The notes below the pieces were generated by a model that was given only the letters and a program-made list of their open reading frames with translations, did no database searches and was not told the DNA's origin. From contig SVKD01000002.1 of NCBI GenBank assembly GCA_015068645.1, forward strand, positions 55,733-119,732: DNA of 64,000 nt, given 5' to 3'. The stretch comes from Oscillospiraceae bacterium (GTDB taxonomy: Bacteria > Bacillota > Clostridia > UMGS1840). Position 1 is the stretch's first letter; the number at the start of each line of letters is the position of its first letter. This document shows, in pieces, positions 50,105 through 58,240 of this stretch. Made by a program: the position numbers and the translations under genes.

Positions 50105-50175
50105 AAGGCGCAGAAAAAGGGCACAAAACACCTCATCCACCGCAAGCGGTCCCCCTTCTCCTCAAAGGAGAAGGC
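50105..50175. repeat. Family C outer-end remnant joined to a family B element
   Basis: AAGGCGCAGAAAAAGG followed by CACCTCATCCACCGCAAGCGGTCCCCCTTCTCC. Confidence 0.7.
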
Positions 50176-50216
50176 TTATATGCCACCCTATTTCCAATCC
50201 ACCAACCTACTGCAAA

Positions 50217-51410
50217 TTACAGGTTTTCTTTCAGAACATCCGCTAAGATTCCAATGCCTTCCACAATTTTTTCGTCGGTCATGGTGGAATAATTTAAGCG
50301 GAAGCAGTTACAGGGTTTTGCCATGTCGGTCATAAAGTTACTTCCCGGCACAAACGCCACATTCTTTTCCACGCCTTTTTTCACGATGCCTGCCGCGTCC
50401 ATACCTTCGGGTAAGGTACACCAGATAAAGAGTCCACCTTCGGGACGGGTATATTTCACTTCTTTGGGGAAGTGTTTATCCATTTCGGATAACATCAGTT
50501 CGCACTGATGTCCGTATAATTCTCTTGCTTTGCCAATATGAGCATCAATGTCGCAGGTTTTTAACCATTCGGATGCAATCACCTGAGTTAAGAGGTTGGT
50601 ATGTACGTCATTAACCTGTTTTGCAACTACCATTTTTTCCATAATTTCGGGAATACCGTGGGTGAAACCAAGTCTCAGACCGGGTGCCAAAATTTTGGAG
50701 AAGGAACCAAAATACATCACGGCGTTTTCGGTATCCATCGATTTTAAGGTGGGCACATTTTCCCCTTTAAAACGAAGCTCGCCGTAGGGGTTATCTTCAA
50801 AAATCACCACATTATACTGATATGCCAAAGAAAGCAGTTTCTTTCTTTTTTCCAAACTCATGGTGATGCCTGTGGGATTCTGGAAGGTGGGAATCACATA
50901 AATGATGCGAACTCTGTCATCTGATTTCAAAATCTCTTCCAGTTTATCCAGATTCATACCGTCTTCTTCCACGGGAACCCCTTTTAACACGGCACCGTAT
51001 GTACGAAAAGAGTTCAACGCACCGATAAAGCTGGGTTCTTCCACAATGATGGTGTCACCGGGATTTAAAATGCTTTTTACCGCTAAATCAAGTCCCTGCT
51101 GACCGCCGGTGGTGATGATGGTGTTGTTGCCTTCTTGGTAAATACCCTGTTTTTTCAGTCTCGCTTCCACCTGCTCAATTAAGGGGGTATATCCTTCGGT
51201 GATGCCGTACTGCAAACACAGAGAAGGCATTTCGGTTAACACTTTTTGAGCAATTTCCTTGATTTCATCCACAGGGAATGTCAAGGGAGAGGGATTTCCT
51301 CCCGCAAAAGAGATAATGCCGGGTTTTGCCATAGTTTTAAACATTTCACGAATGGCAGAGCCCTGCATGGTTTTCATATTATCGGAAATATGATACTTCA
51401 TATTTTTCAT
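50217..51410 (-). CDS. PLP-dependent class I/II aminotransferase (LysN/MocR-type, no HTH)
   Basis: ISFAGGNP, LQYG.TEGY, IPTFQNPTG, FEDNPYGEL, GSFSKILAPGLRLG. Confidence 0.9.
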   Translation of the reverse strand: MKNMKYHISDNMKTMQGSAIREMFKTMAKPGIISFAGGNPSPLTFPVDEIKEIAQKVLTEMPSLCLQYGITEGYTPLIEQVEARLKKQGIYQEGNNTIITTGGQQGLDLAVKSILNPGDTIIVEEPSFIGALNSFRTYGAVLKGVPVEEDGMNLDKLEEILKSDDRVRIIYVIPTFQNPTGITMSLEKRKKLLSLAYQYNVVIFEDNPYGELRFKGENVPTLKSMDTENAVMYFGSFSKILAPGLRLGFTHGIPEIMEKMVVAKQVNDVHTNLLTQVIASEWLKTCDIDAHIGKARELYGHQCELMLSEMDKHFPKEVKYTRPEGGLFIWCTLPEGMDAAGIVKKGVEKNVAFVPGSNFMTDMAKPCNCFRLNYSTMTDEKIVEGIGILADVLKENL

Positions 51411-51431
51411 CTTCCTTTCTGTTACCAAGTT

Positions 51432-52106
51432 CTATACTTCATCAGGGTAATAAGTTTCGATTGCTTTTTTTGCAGCTTGTTTTTCTGCTTCTTTTTTGGT
51501 TTTTCCTTCCCCAACACCAAGCACTTTTCCCAAATGGGACACTTGGGACACAAAGTGTTTATTGTGGTCGGGACCTTCGGATTTCAACAGTTCATACACC
51601 AAATCCACCTTGGATTCTTTTTGCACCAATTCCTGAAGCTTCGACTTGGAATCCAGCACATTTCGGTTTTGAATAGTCTCTTCAATAGCCCCTCTCATCA
51701 AACGAAGCACCACCTCTTTGGCGGTTACAAAATCGCTATCCAAAAACACGGCACCAAAAATGGCTTCCAAAGTGTCTGACGTGGTGGAATCTAATTTTTC
51801 AATTCCCAGTAACCGTTCTCCGTTTCCAATGAGTAAGTATCGGGGAATTTCTAAAGAATTTGCCACAATAGCCAAGGATTTTTCACAAACTACAGATGCT
51901 TTTAATTTGGTCAACTCCCCTTCTTTCACGTCGGGAAGCAGTTTGTAAAGCTCCTCGGCAATTGTTAAGCCCAAAACCGAATCTCCCAAAAATTCCAACC
52001 GCTGATTGTACTCTTTCAAGTTATGCTCCACCACATAGGAACGGCGTGTTAATGCGGTGCGAAGCAATTCTTTATTTTGGAAGACGTATCCGATTTTCTT
52101 TTCCAT
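51432..52106 (-). CDS. rnc: Ribonuclease III
   Basis: NQRLEFLGDSVLG signature, EAIFGAVFLD, C-terminal dsRBD (KSKLQELVQ...GEGKTKKEAEK). Confidence 0.95.
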   Translation of the reverse strand: MEKKIGYVFQNKELLRTALTRRSYVVEHNLKEYNQRLEFLGDSVLGLTIAEELYKLLPDVKEGELTKLKASVVCEKSLAIVANSLEIPRYLLIGNGERLLGIEKLDSTTSDTLEAIFGAVFLDSDFVTAKEVVLRLMRGAIEETIQNRNVLDSKSKLQELVQKESKVDLVYELLKSEGPDHNKHFVSQVSHLGKVLGVGEGKTKKEAEKQAAKKAIETYYPDEV

Positions 52107-52140
52107 ATCTTTTGGTTTCCTCCTTTCTGAAAATATCATT

Positions 52141-52213
52141 GTAGGGACAGATGCCCACATCTGTCCGCTGTTTTGAAATGGTAACACGGGACGATGAAGG
52201 CATCGTCCCCTAC
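52141..52213. repeat. Inverted GTAG-REP doublet
   Basis: GTAGGGACAGATGCCCACATCTGTCCG ... CGGGACGATGAAGGCATCGTCCCCTAC. Confidence 0.8.
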
Positions 52214-52224
52214 AGTTTCATTTT

Positions 52225-52830
52225 TCATTTTGTTGGAAAATTGATAAAATTTTCAAGTAGCTTCAGTCCTGTTTTTCCGCTTTTTTCGGGGTGAAACTGG
52301 GTCAAAAACACGTTTTCTCTCTGATATGCACAGTCAAAGGGAATACCGTATTCCGAAGTGGCAATCACTTCCTCACGGTTTTTTGCCTCTAAATAGTAGC
52401 TATGCACAAAATAAAAATAATCGTCAGGCAAGTCGCAAAATAAGGGACTTTCTTTGTATTCAATTCGGTTCCAGCCAATCTGAGGCACTTTTTTGCAGAT
52501 GTCCACGGGAAATTTTTTGATTTCACCGGGAAAAATGCCAAGACCGGGTAAATTACCTTCTTCGGATGTTTCAAAACACATCTGTAACCCCACGCAGATG
52601 CCCAAAAAAGGTGTTTTTTTCTCAATCACTTCGTACACGGTTTCAATGAGGCCTGATTTTCTGATGCTTCCCATAGCATCATCAAAATGACCCACACCGG
52701 GCAGAATCACGTGGTCTGCAGAACGGATCATATTTTTGTCAGAGGTAATAGATACCTCATCGGTAAACTGTTTTAAGGCGTTGGAAACCCCGAACAGATT
52801 CCCTGCGCCGTAGTCAATAATCGCTATCAT
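52225..52830 (-). CDS. hisH: Imidazole glycerol phosphate synthase glutaminase subunit
   Basis: IIDYGAGN, LPGVG, GICVGLQ, YFVHSY, QFHPEKSG (triad intact). Confidence 0.95.
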   Translation of the reverse strand: MIAIIDYGAGNLFGVSNALKQFTDEVSITSDKNMIRSADHVILPGVGHFDDAMGSIRKSGLIETVYEVIEKKTPFLGICVGLQMCFETSEEGNLPGLGIFPGEIKKFPVDICKKVPQIGWNRIEYKESPLFCDLPDDYFYFVHSYYLEAKNREEVIATSEYGIPFDCAYQRENVFLTQFHPEKSGKTGLKLLENFINFPTK

Positions 52831-53465
52831 TATTCAATAACCGCCTTCACTTTTTCAATCATGGGCAGAATCTGCTTTTTCATTTTCATACTTACTTTAT
52901 TGACAATCAGACGTGCAGACAGCTGACATACTTCTTCCAACACGCCAAGACCGTTTTCTTCTAAGGTTTTGCCCGATTCCACAATATCCACAATCACATC
53001 GGATAAGCCCACAATGGGAGCTAATTCAATAGAACCGTTTAATTTGATGATGTCGGGAGACTGTTTTTTCACATCTTTAAAATAAGCTCTTGCAATATTG
53101 GGATACTTGGTAGCAACCTTTAGGGATGACACACGGCTGTTTAATTTTTCTCTTGCCGATTCGGGTCCGCAGACACACATTCTGCACTTTCCAAAATTTA
53201 AATTTAATACTTCGTACAGACTTCTGCCTTCTTCCAAAATAGTGTCTTTGCCCACCACGCCGATATCGGCAGCGCCGTATTCCACATAACAGGGAACATC
53301 ACTTGCTTTTACCAAAATATATTTAACTTTACCGATTTCGTCAGTAAAAATCAACTTTCTGCCCTTGTCTTCCAGACAGGAAATATCGTAACCTGCTTTG
53401 CCGAAAATTTCGGCAGCATAGTCACCTAATCTGCCTTTTGCCAATGCAACGGTAATGTATTTCAA
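52830..53465 (-). CDS. hisG: ATP phosphoribosyltransferase, short form
   Basis: VALAKGRL, YVEYGAADIGVVGKD, VATKYP, GSIELAPIVGLSDVIVDIVESGKTL; TTG start. Confidence 0.95.
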   Translation of the reverse strand: MKYITVALAKGRLGDYAAEIFGKAGYDISCLEDKGRKLIFTDEIGKVKYILVKASDVPCYVEYGAADIGVVGKDTILEEGRSLYEVLNLNFGKCRMCVCGPESAREKLNSRVSSLKVATKYPNIARAYFKDVKKQSPDIIKLNGSIELAPIVGLSDVIVDIVESGKTLEENGLGVLEEVCQLSARLIVNKVSMKMKKQILPMIEKVKAVIE

Positions 53466-53480
53466 TTCGCTCTACCTCCC

Positions 53481-54566
53481 TTATCCGTTTACAATCACAG
53501 ATTTGCCTTGTTTTCTAAGTTCTTTGGCCTGTTCAATCAGTTCCTTTTTGTCATCACCTGATAACAATTCATCTGCTTTGGGAGCTTCGTGGGAAATCGC
53601 GTGGCTCATACCGTCGGTCAAACGGTTGATATAAATAGCAGAACCGGTTGCAGGAATTTCTTTGCCAAATCGGGAAATCAATTTGTCATAACGACCACCG
53701 CCTGCCACGGGGAATCCCACACCCTGATGGAAGATTTTAAAAATCATACCGGTGTAGTAATCCATATTTTTGTTCATACCCAAATCAAAAGTAATATAAT
53801 TTTCGTAACCGTAGTAAGAAAGATAAGTATCAATTTCCAACAGTTCTTCCAATGCTTTTTTAGACTGTTCGGGCAATTTTTTATTGAGCATTTCGGTGAT
53901 AACTTCTTTTCCGCCGAATAAGGTGGGCAGTTTTAAAATGATATCTTTAATGGACTCATCAAGAGTAACGGTTTGGAGCACTTCTTCCATAGACAGGATA
54001 TCTTTTTTTACCATCAAATCATTGATTTCATCCTGCAATTCTTCGGATAAGTGACTTTCGGACAGAAGACCTCTTACAAAGTTTACGTTCCCTAATTCCA
54101 CCATAAAGTCGGTAGCACCTGCATCCAATAATGCATTTATCGTTAAAGCGATAACTTCCGCATCATAGAAAGTGCCTTTTTCACCCAGAAGCTCAATACC
54201 TGCCTGGGTGAATTCATTCTGTCTGCCACCTTTGGTGGGGTCGGAAAAACGGTATACGTTTCCCAAATAAGATGCTCTCACAGGCAACTGATCAAATAAT
54301 TTGGTTGCAGCTACTCTGGCAATAGGCATAGTCATATCAGGACGCAAGGATACCACTGCACCGTTTCTATCTACCAATCGGTACAGTCCTTCTGCATCAG
54401 AATTACCAAAAAATACGCTGTCGTACTCCATTAAGGGAGTTTCCAACGGAAAATAACCGTAGCTTTTAAAACATTTCATAATGTTTTCTTCTATCTGATG
54501 CTTAAATTCACACTCCGAAAATAAAATATCGTTGGTACCTTCTAAGGTTAATGCCGTTTTTTTCAT
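53481..54566 (-). CDS. hisZ: ATP phosphoribosyltransferase regulatory subunit
   Basis: HisRS-like LRPDMTMPIAR, QAGIEL, YYTGMIF, GGGRYD; upstream of short hisG. Confidence 0.9.
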   Translation of the reverse strand: MKKTALTLEGTNDILFSECEFKHQIEENIMKCFKSYGYFPLETPLMEYDSVFFGNSDAEGLYRLVDRNGAVVSLRPDMTMPIARVAATKLFDQLPVRASYLGNVYRFSDPTKGGRQNEFTQAGIELLGEKGTFYDAEVIALTINALLDAGATDFMVELGNVNFVRGLLSESHLSEELQDEINDLMVKKDILSMEEVLQTVTLDESIKDIILKLPTLFGGKEVITEMLNKKLPEQSKKALEELLEIDTYLSYYGYENYITFDLGMNKNMDYYTGMIFKIFHQGVGFPVAGGGRYDKLISRFGKEIPATGSAIYINRLTDGMSHAISHEAPKADELLSGDDKKELIEQAKELRKQGKSVIVNG

Positions 54567-54629
54567 AGTGCAGGGGTTCTCCTTTTTGCTTTTTTTAATG
54601 AGAGGTGATTTTCAGGTTCCTATTTCAAA

Positions 54630-54778
54630 ACGTGCGCCATTTTACAAGCTCTCTATAATCTGAGGCGAAGAGAAAAGGATGCAAAATGGAACAACCGAAC
54701 CGAAGGGTTATCCGAAGGCGTACTGTTGTGTACGCCGAGTGATGAGGTTACTTCATTTTGCGCCTTTTATCAAGCCAT
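54630..54778 (+). repeat. Family C terminus remnant plus full copy (54663-54778), abutting dnaN stop
   Basis: AGGCGAAG...GGGTTATCCGAAGGCGTAC-GTACGCCGAG...TTTTATCAAGCCAT then TTA. Confidence 0.85.
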
Positions 54779-55873
54779 TTATAGTCTTACAGGTAATACC
54801 ATATACAAAAATTCTTCCGTCTCGCCTTTTAAAATACAGGGACTTAAATTATTGCTGAAATCCAAGAAAATTTCGTCGGTTTCCGATGCTTTTAAGGCAT
54901 CCAATAAGAATTTATGGTTAAATCCGATTTCCAAGTCTTCCCCTGTTTTTTCAATGGAAATGATATCCTGAGCGTGACCAATTCTGGAAATGGTGTTTAA
55001 GGTCATCTTGTCTCCTTCTAAGTGCATACGGATGGGAGCTTTGTTATCCGCAGTAATTAAGAGAGATGCACGTTCCAAAGATTCAATCAGCTCCTTGGTA
55101 GAAGTTTTCACTTTGATTTCCGCATTTTTGGGAATAATCTGTTCATAGTTAAAAAATTCCCCATCAATTAATCTGGTATAAAATTCATAGTTATCCAGTT
55201 TGATCAGTGCTTTTCTGTCACCAAATTCGATTACAATTTCTTCTTTGGTGTCTGCTAAAATTTTAAGTAGCTCATTCAAACTCTTACCGGGAATTACATA
55301 AGAACGGTTTTCACCGGTAGGAATGATTTCTTCTTTTCTCACTGCCATACGGCAACCATCTAAGGTCACCACGGTCAGTTCATTATCTTTTACTTCAAAC
55401 AACGCACCGGTAAAGGTGATTTTGGTATCTGCTGTACCGATGGAGAATAGGGTTTTCTTAATGATTTCCTTTAATTTCTGTTCGGTAATTTTCATGGAGA
55501 ATTCCGGATTAAGTTCTTCCACCACAGGGAACATTTCTGCATCCATTGCCACGATTTCATATTTGGCGGAACCGGATGTAATCAGAGTAGTCAGTTTTTC
55601 GTCTACCGAAATACTTACCATACCTTCCGGCATCAGACGAACCATATCGAACAAGTTTTTGGCATTGATAACGCCAACACCTTCTTCTTGTATGTCTGCT
55701 TCAAAACGGGCTTTGATGGCAATTTCAGTGTTGTTACCGATTAAGGTAATCATATTGTTTCTCGCCATCACATAAACCCCTTCCAGTTGGGGAACGGTTG
55801 CTTTGGGAGATACCGCTTTTAATACGGTGGATAAATTTTCTAAAAATATCTCTTTTAAAAAACTAAACTTCAT
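54779..55873 (-). CDS. dnaN: DNA polymerase III beta sliding clamp
   Basis: Three-domain clamp; LDGCRMAV, RLIDGEFFNYEQIIP, IGFNHKFLLDAL, YMVLPVRL. Confidence 0.96.
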   Translation of the reverse strand: MKFSFLKEIFLENLSTVLKAVSPKATVPQLEGVYVMARNNMITLIGNNTEIAIKARFEADIQEEGVGVINAKNLFDMVRLMPEGMVSISVDEKLTTLITSGSAKYEIVAMDAEMFPVVEELNPEFSMKITEQKLKEIIKKTLFSIGTADTKITFTGALFEVKDNELTVVTLDGCRMAVRKEEIIPTGENRSYVIPGKSLNELLKILADTKEEIVIEFGDRKALIKLDNYEFYTRLIDGEFFNYEQIIPKNAEIKVKTSTKELIESLERASLLITADNKAPIRMHLEGDKMTLNTISRIGHAQDIISIEKTGEDLEIGFNHKFLLDALKASETDEIFLDFSNNLSPCILKGETEEFLYMVLPVRL

Positions 55874-56615
55874 TTTTTAGTCCTCGTCTTTCATAAGGTT
55901 GTCAGAATTGTAGGATATCAATTCCTCATAGAATTATGGATACAAAAAATCGTTTTGATGATTTCAAAAATCAGTCCATCTATATAAGGAAAATATTTTA
56001 GTATAAAACAGTATATTGTTATAGGTGATGTGGAAATGTTGAAAAATCTCTTTTCTCTTAGAAAACAAAGGATTTTTGGTGTTTATAACTTTTTTTATAA
56101 TTTGTGCATAAATCAGCAACTTTCCACATAGGATATGATGGGAACTTTTATCCACAGAAATTTTACAGGTTTTCCCTGTGGGAATGTGTAATAATTTGTG
56201 GATTGTTTTGATCGAGAAATTTTTCTTAAAAAACTGTTGTGGAGAACTCTTTCAAAATACACAGGAATTCTGTTTATTTCCACAGAACTTATCCCCAAAT
56301 CCTGTTTAATTTTTTTGGATCTGTGTTTTATCAAATGATAATACTATTATATATCAGCACAATTTTTTAGGATTCATATCTGTAATAACCGTTTCTAAGT
56401 ATGCCGGAGGGTATCATTACCGAGAACAATCACCTTCTCATTTTATATGATATTATCATAGTGCTATCCTAAAAAGAGGGTATCAATTCATAGAAGTGTT
56501 ATCTTCTGGATTCATGCTATTTTATCATAGTGTTATCCTGAAAAAGAGGGTATCAGAAAATAGAAAAATAAACCTTCAAGTTCTGCTATCTTACAATAGT
56601 GTTATCCTAAAAGAA
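55874..56615. other. Probable oriC (dnaA-dnaN intergenic region)
   Basis: Perfect DnaA box TTATCCACA at 56148-56156; near-matches at 56103, 56120, 56197, 56276 and 56289; AT-rich stretch near 55980-56030. Confidence 0.8.
56384..56615. repeat. Diverged tandem repeat with about 69-bp period
   Basis: ATAGTG(C/T)TATCCT at 56458, 56527 and 56596; GAGGGTATCA at 56407, 56476 and 56546. Confidence 0.8.
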
Positions 56616-57938
56616 TTAATCTTCTAATAAACCGGTGATTTCTTCAATAATGGTATCAATATAAGCGTCAGATTTACGAGCTTCCTTGATTTTTTCAATG
56701 GAATACATTACGGTGGAATGGTCTCTTCCGCCAAATTCTTCCCCGATTTTGGGCAAGCTCATTTCCAACACTTCTCTTGCTAAGAACATTGCCACCTGAC
56801 GGGCTTTTACAATTTCTTTCTTTTTGGAAGAAGATTTTAAAAGCTGGGGATCAATGTTAAAGTAGCCTGCAGTTTCCACCATCACCGTTTCAATACCCGG
56901 TTTTGCTTTTTTGGAATCTGCAATAATAACTTTAATAACATCTTCTGCCAGTTCTTTGGTAATTTCCTTTTTCGATAACTTGGTTAAGGCAACCAATCTG
57001 GTAAAAATACCTTCCAATTCACGTACATTGGATTTGATTTTGGTGGCAATAAACTGGATAATTTCATCATCAATCGGAAAATTTTCTTCCTCGGTTTTCT
57101 TCTTTAAAATGGCGATTCTGGTTTCTAAGTCAGGTGCATTGATATCACACATTAACCCTGCTTCAAAACGGGTTCTTAAGCGTTCTTCCAAGGTTCTGAT
57201 ATCCTTAGGAGGACGGTCGGAAGATAACACAATCTGTTTGTCATTATGATATAAATGATTAAAGGTATGGAAAAATTCTTCCTGCGTACCTTCTTTTCCG
57301 CCGATAAACTGAATATCGTCTACCATCAATACGTCAATATTACGAAGTTTATCACGGAATGAGGTATTCTGACCGGATTTAATGGAATCAATAAACTCAT
57401 TCGTAAAGGATTCCGAGGTCAGATACAACACTTTTTTTGTAGGATCATTTTCTTTGATTCTGTTACCGATTGCATGCAGCAGATGAGTTTTGCCTAATCC
57501 AACACCACCATAGATAAATAAGGGGTTATAGTTTTCTGCCGGACTTTCTGCTACGGCAATTGCTGCAGCATGGGCAAAACGGTTGGATTCTCCAATAACA
57601 AAATTCTGGAAAGTATATTTTTTGTTTAACGTGGATAATTCATCCTGAGTATCGGAAAAACGGTCTAACACAGAAGGAGCATTTCTTCTGTCATCCACCA
57701 AAAACATGAAATCAGAAATTCTGCCTTGGGATGCAGTTACCACTGCAGTTTTTACCAATTCGGAGTATTTTTTTGTGATCATATCACGGGTATATTCAAT
57801 GGGAACGCGAAAATAAAATATATTGTTTTCTATCTTTTCCGGGGTGACAGAGGTAAACCAGGTACTGTATGCCACCGGGGAAATTTCACTTTTTATTATG
57901 TCTACTACCTTTTCGTAGAGTTCATCTGTGGAAAACAA
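56616..57938 (-). CDS. dnaA: Chromosomal replication initiator DnaA
   Basis: YNPLFIYGGVGLGKTHLL, DVLMVDDIQF, QEEFFHTFN, GGRDHSTV; TTG start. Confidence 0.98.
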   Translation of the reverse strand: MFSTDELYEKVVDIIKSEISPVAYSTWFTSVTPEKIENNIFYFRVPIEYTRDMITKKYSELVKTAVVTASQGRISDFMFLVDDRRNAPSVLDRFSDTQDELSTLNKKYTFQNFVIGESNRFAHAAAIAVAESPAENYNPLFIYGGVGLGKTHLLHAIGNRIKENDPTKKVLYLTSESFTNEFIDSIKSGQNTSFRDKLRNIDVLMVDDIQFIGGKEGTQEEFFHTFNHLYHNDKQIVLSSDRPPKDIRTLEERLRTRFEAGLMCDINAPDLETRIAILKKKTEEENFPIDDEIIQFIATKIKSNVRELEGIFTRLVALTKLSKKEITKELAEDVIKVIIADSKKAKPGIETVMVETAGYFNIDPQLLKSSSKKKEIVKARQVAMFLAREVLEMSLPKIGEEFGGRDHSTVMYSIEKIKEARKSDAYIDTIIEEITGLLED

Positions 57939-58010
57939 GTGATTTCACCTCATTTTTATGATTTATCCACATTTTTTGTGGAATATTTTTTTATTTTGTG
58001 TGGAAAACCT
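57930..58010. promoter_or_regulatory. DnaA-box cluster over the dnaA start and promoter
   Basis: TTATCCACA at 57963-57971; reverse near-boxes at about 57927, 57977 and 57999. Confidence 0.75.
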
Positions 58011-58108
58011 TTCCCAAGTTCCCTAAGGGTTTTCCAACAACGTGGTTTACATAATAATTCTAAAAATGTTTTTTACTTTTTGTTACAAACCCTCTTGACA
58101 TCTTTTTA

Positions 58109-58236
58109 GTATGGCACTTTTGAAGGGTTGTACAAACTTTTGATATAGCATCTCGCCATTTTTTTTGTATGGCACTTTTGAAGGGATATACAAACTTCCA
58201 ATATAGTGTCTTGCCGTTTTTTTGGTATGGCACTTT
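58109..58236. repeat. 58-bp tandem repeat (about 2.2 copies)
   Basis: GTATGGCACTTT at 58109, 58167 and 58225; the first two extend to TGAAGGG...TACAAACTT. Confidence 0.85.
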
Positions 58237-58240
58237 GCAG

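Noticed and set aside
50094-50190. Target-site duplication ATGCCACC flanking the C/B hybrid
   Set aside because: Single 8-bp case, partly overlapping the element's usual flank and not seen at other copies.
50045-50216. T-box upstream of trpS
   Set aside because: No GGTGGNACC antiterminator motif; the space is filled by C and B repeat remnants.
51432-52187. N-terminal extensions of rnc, and likewise of ruvX, the M42 peptidase, pyrH, tsf, capD and carA in the ORF track
   Set aside because: They read through repeats or UTRs; downstream starts with good RBSs match the expected protein lengths.
55970-56040. DnaA-trio unwinding element
   Set aside because: A box-adjacent AT-rich stretch exists, but the trinucleotide repeats match the 3'-GAT-5' consensus poorly.
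56384-56615. CRISPR array (33-34 bp repeat plus 35-36 bp spacer periodicity)
   Set aside because: The apparent spacers are homologous to each other (AGAA, CTTC, TGCTA at the same offsets), the repeats are degenerate, no cas genes are present and the site is inside oriC. Treated as a tandem repeat.
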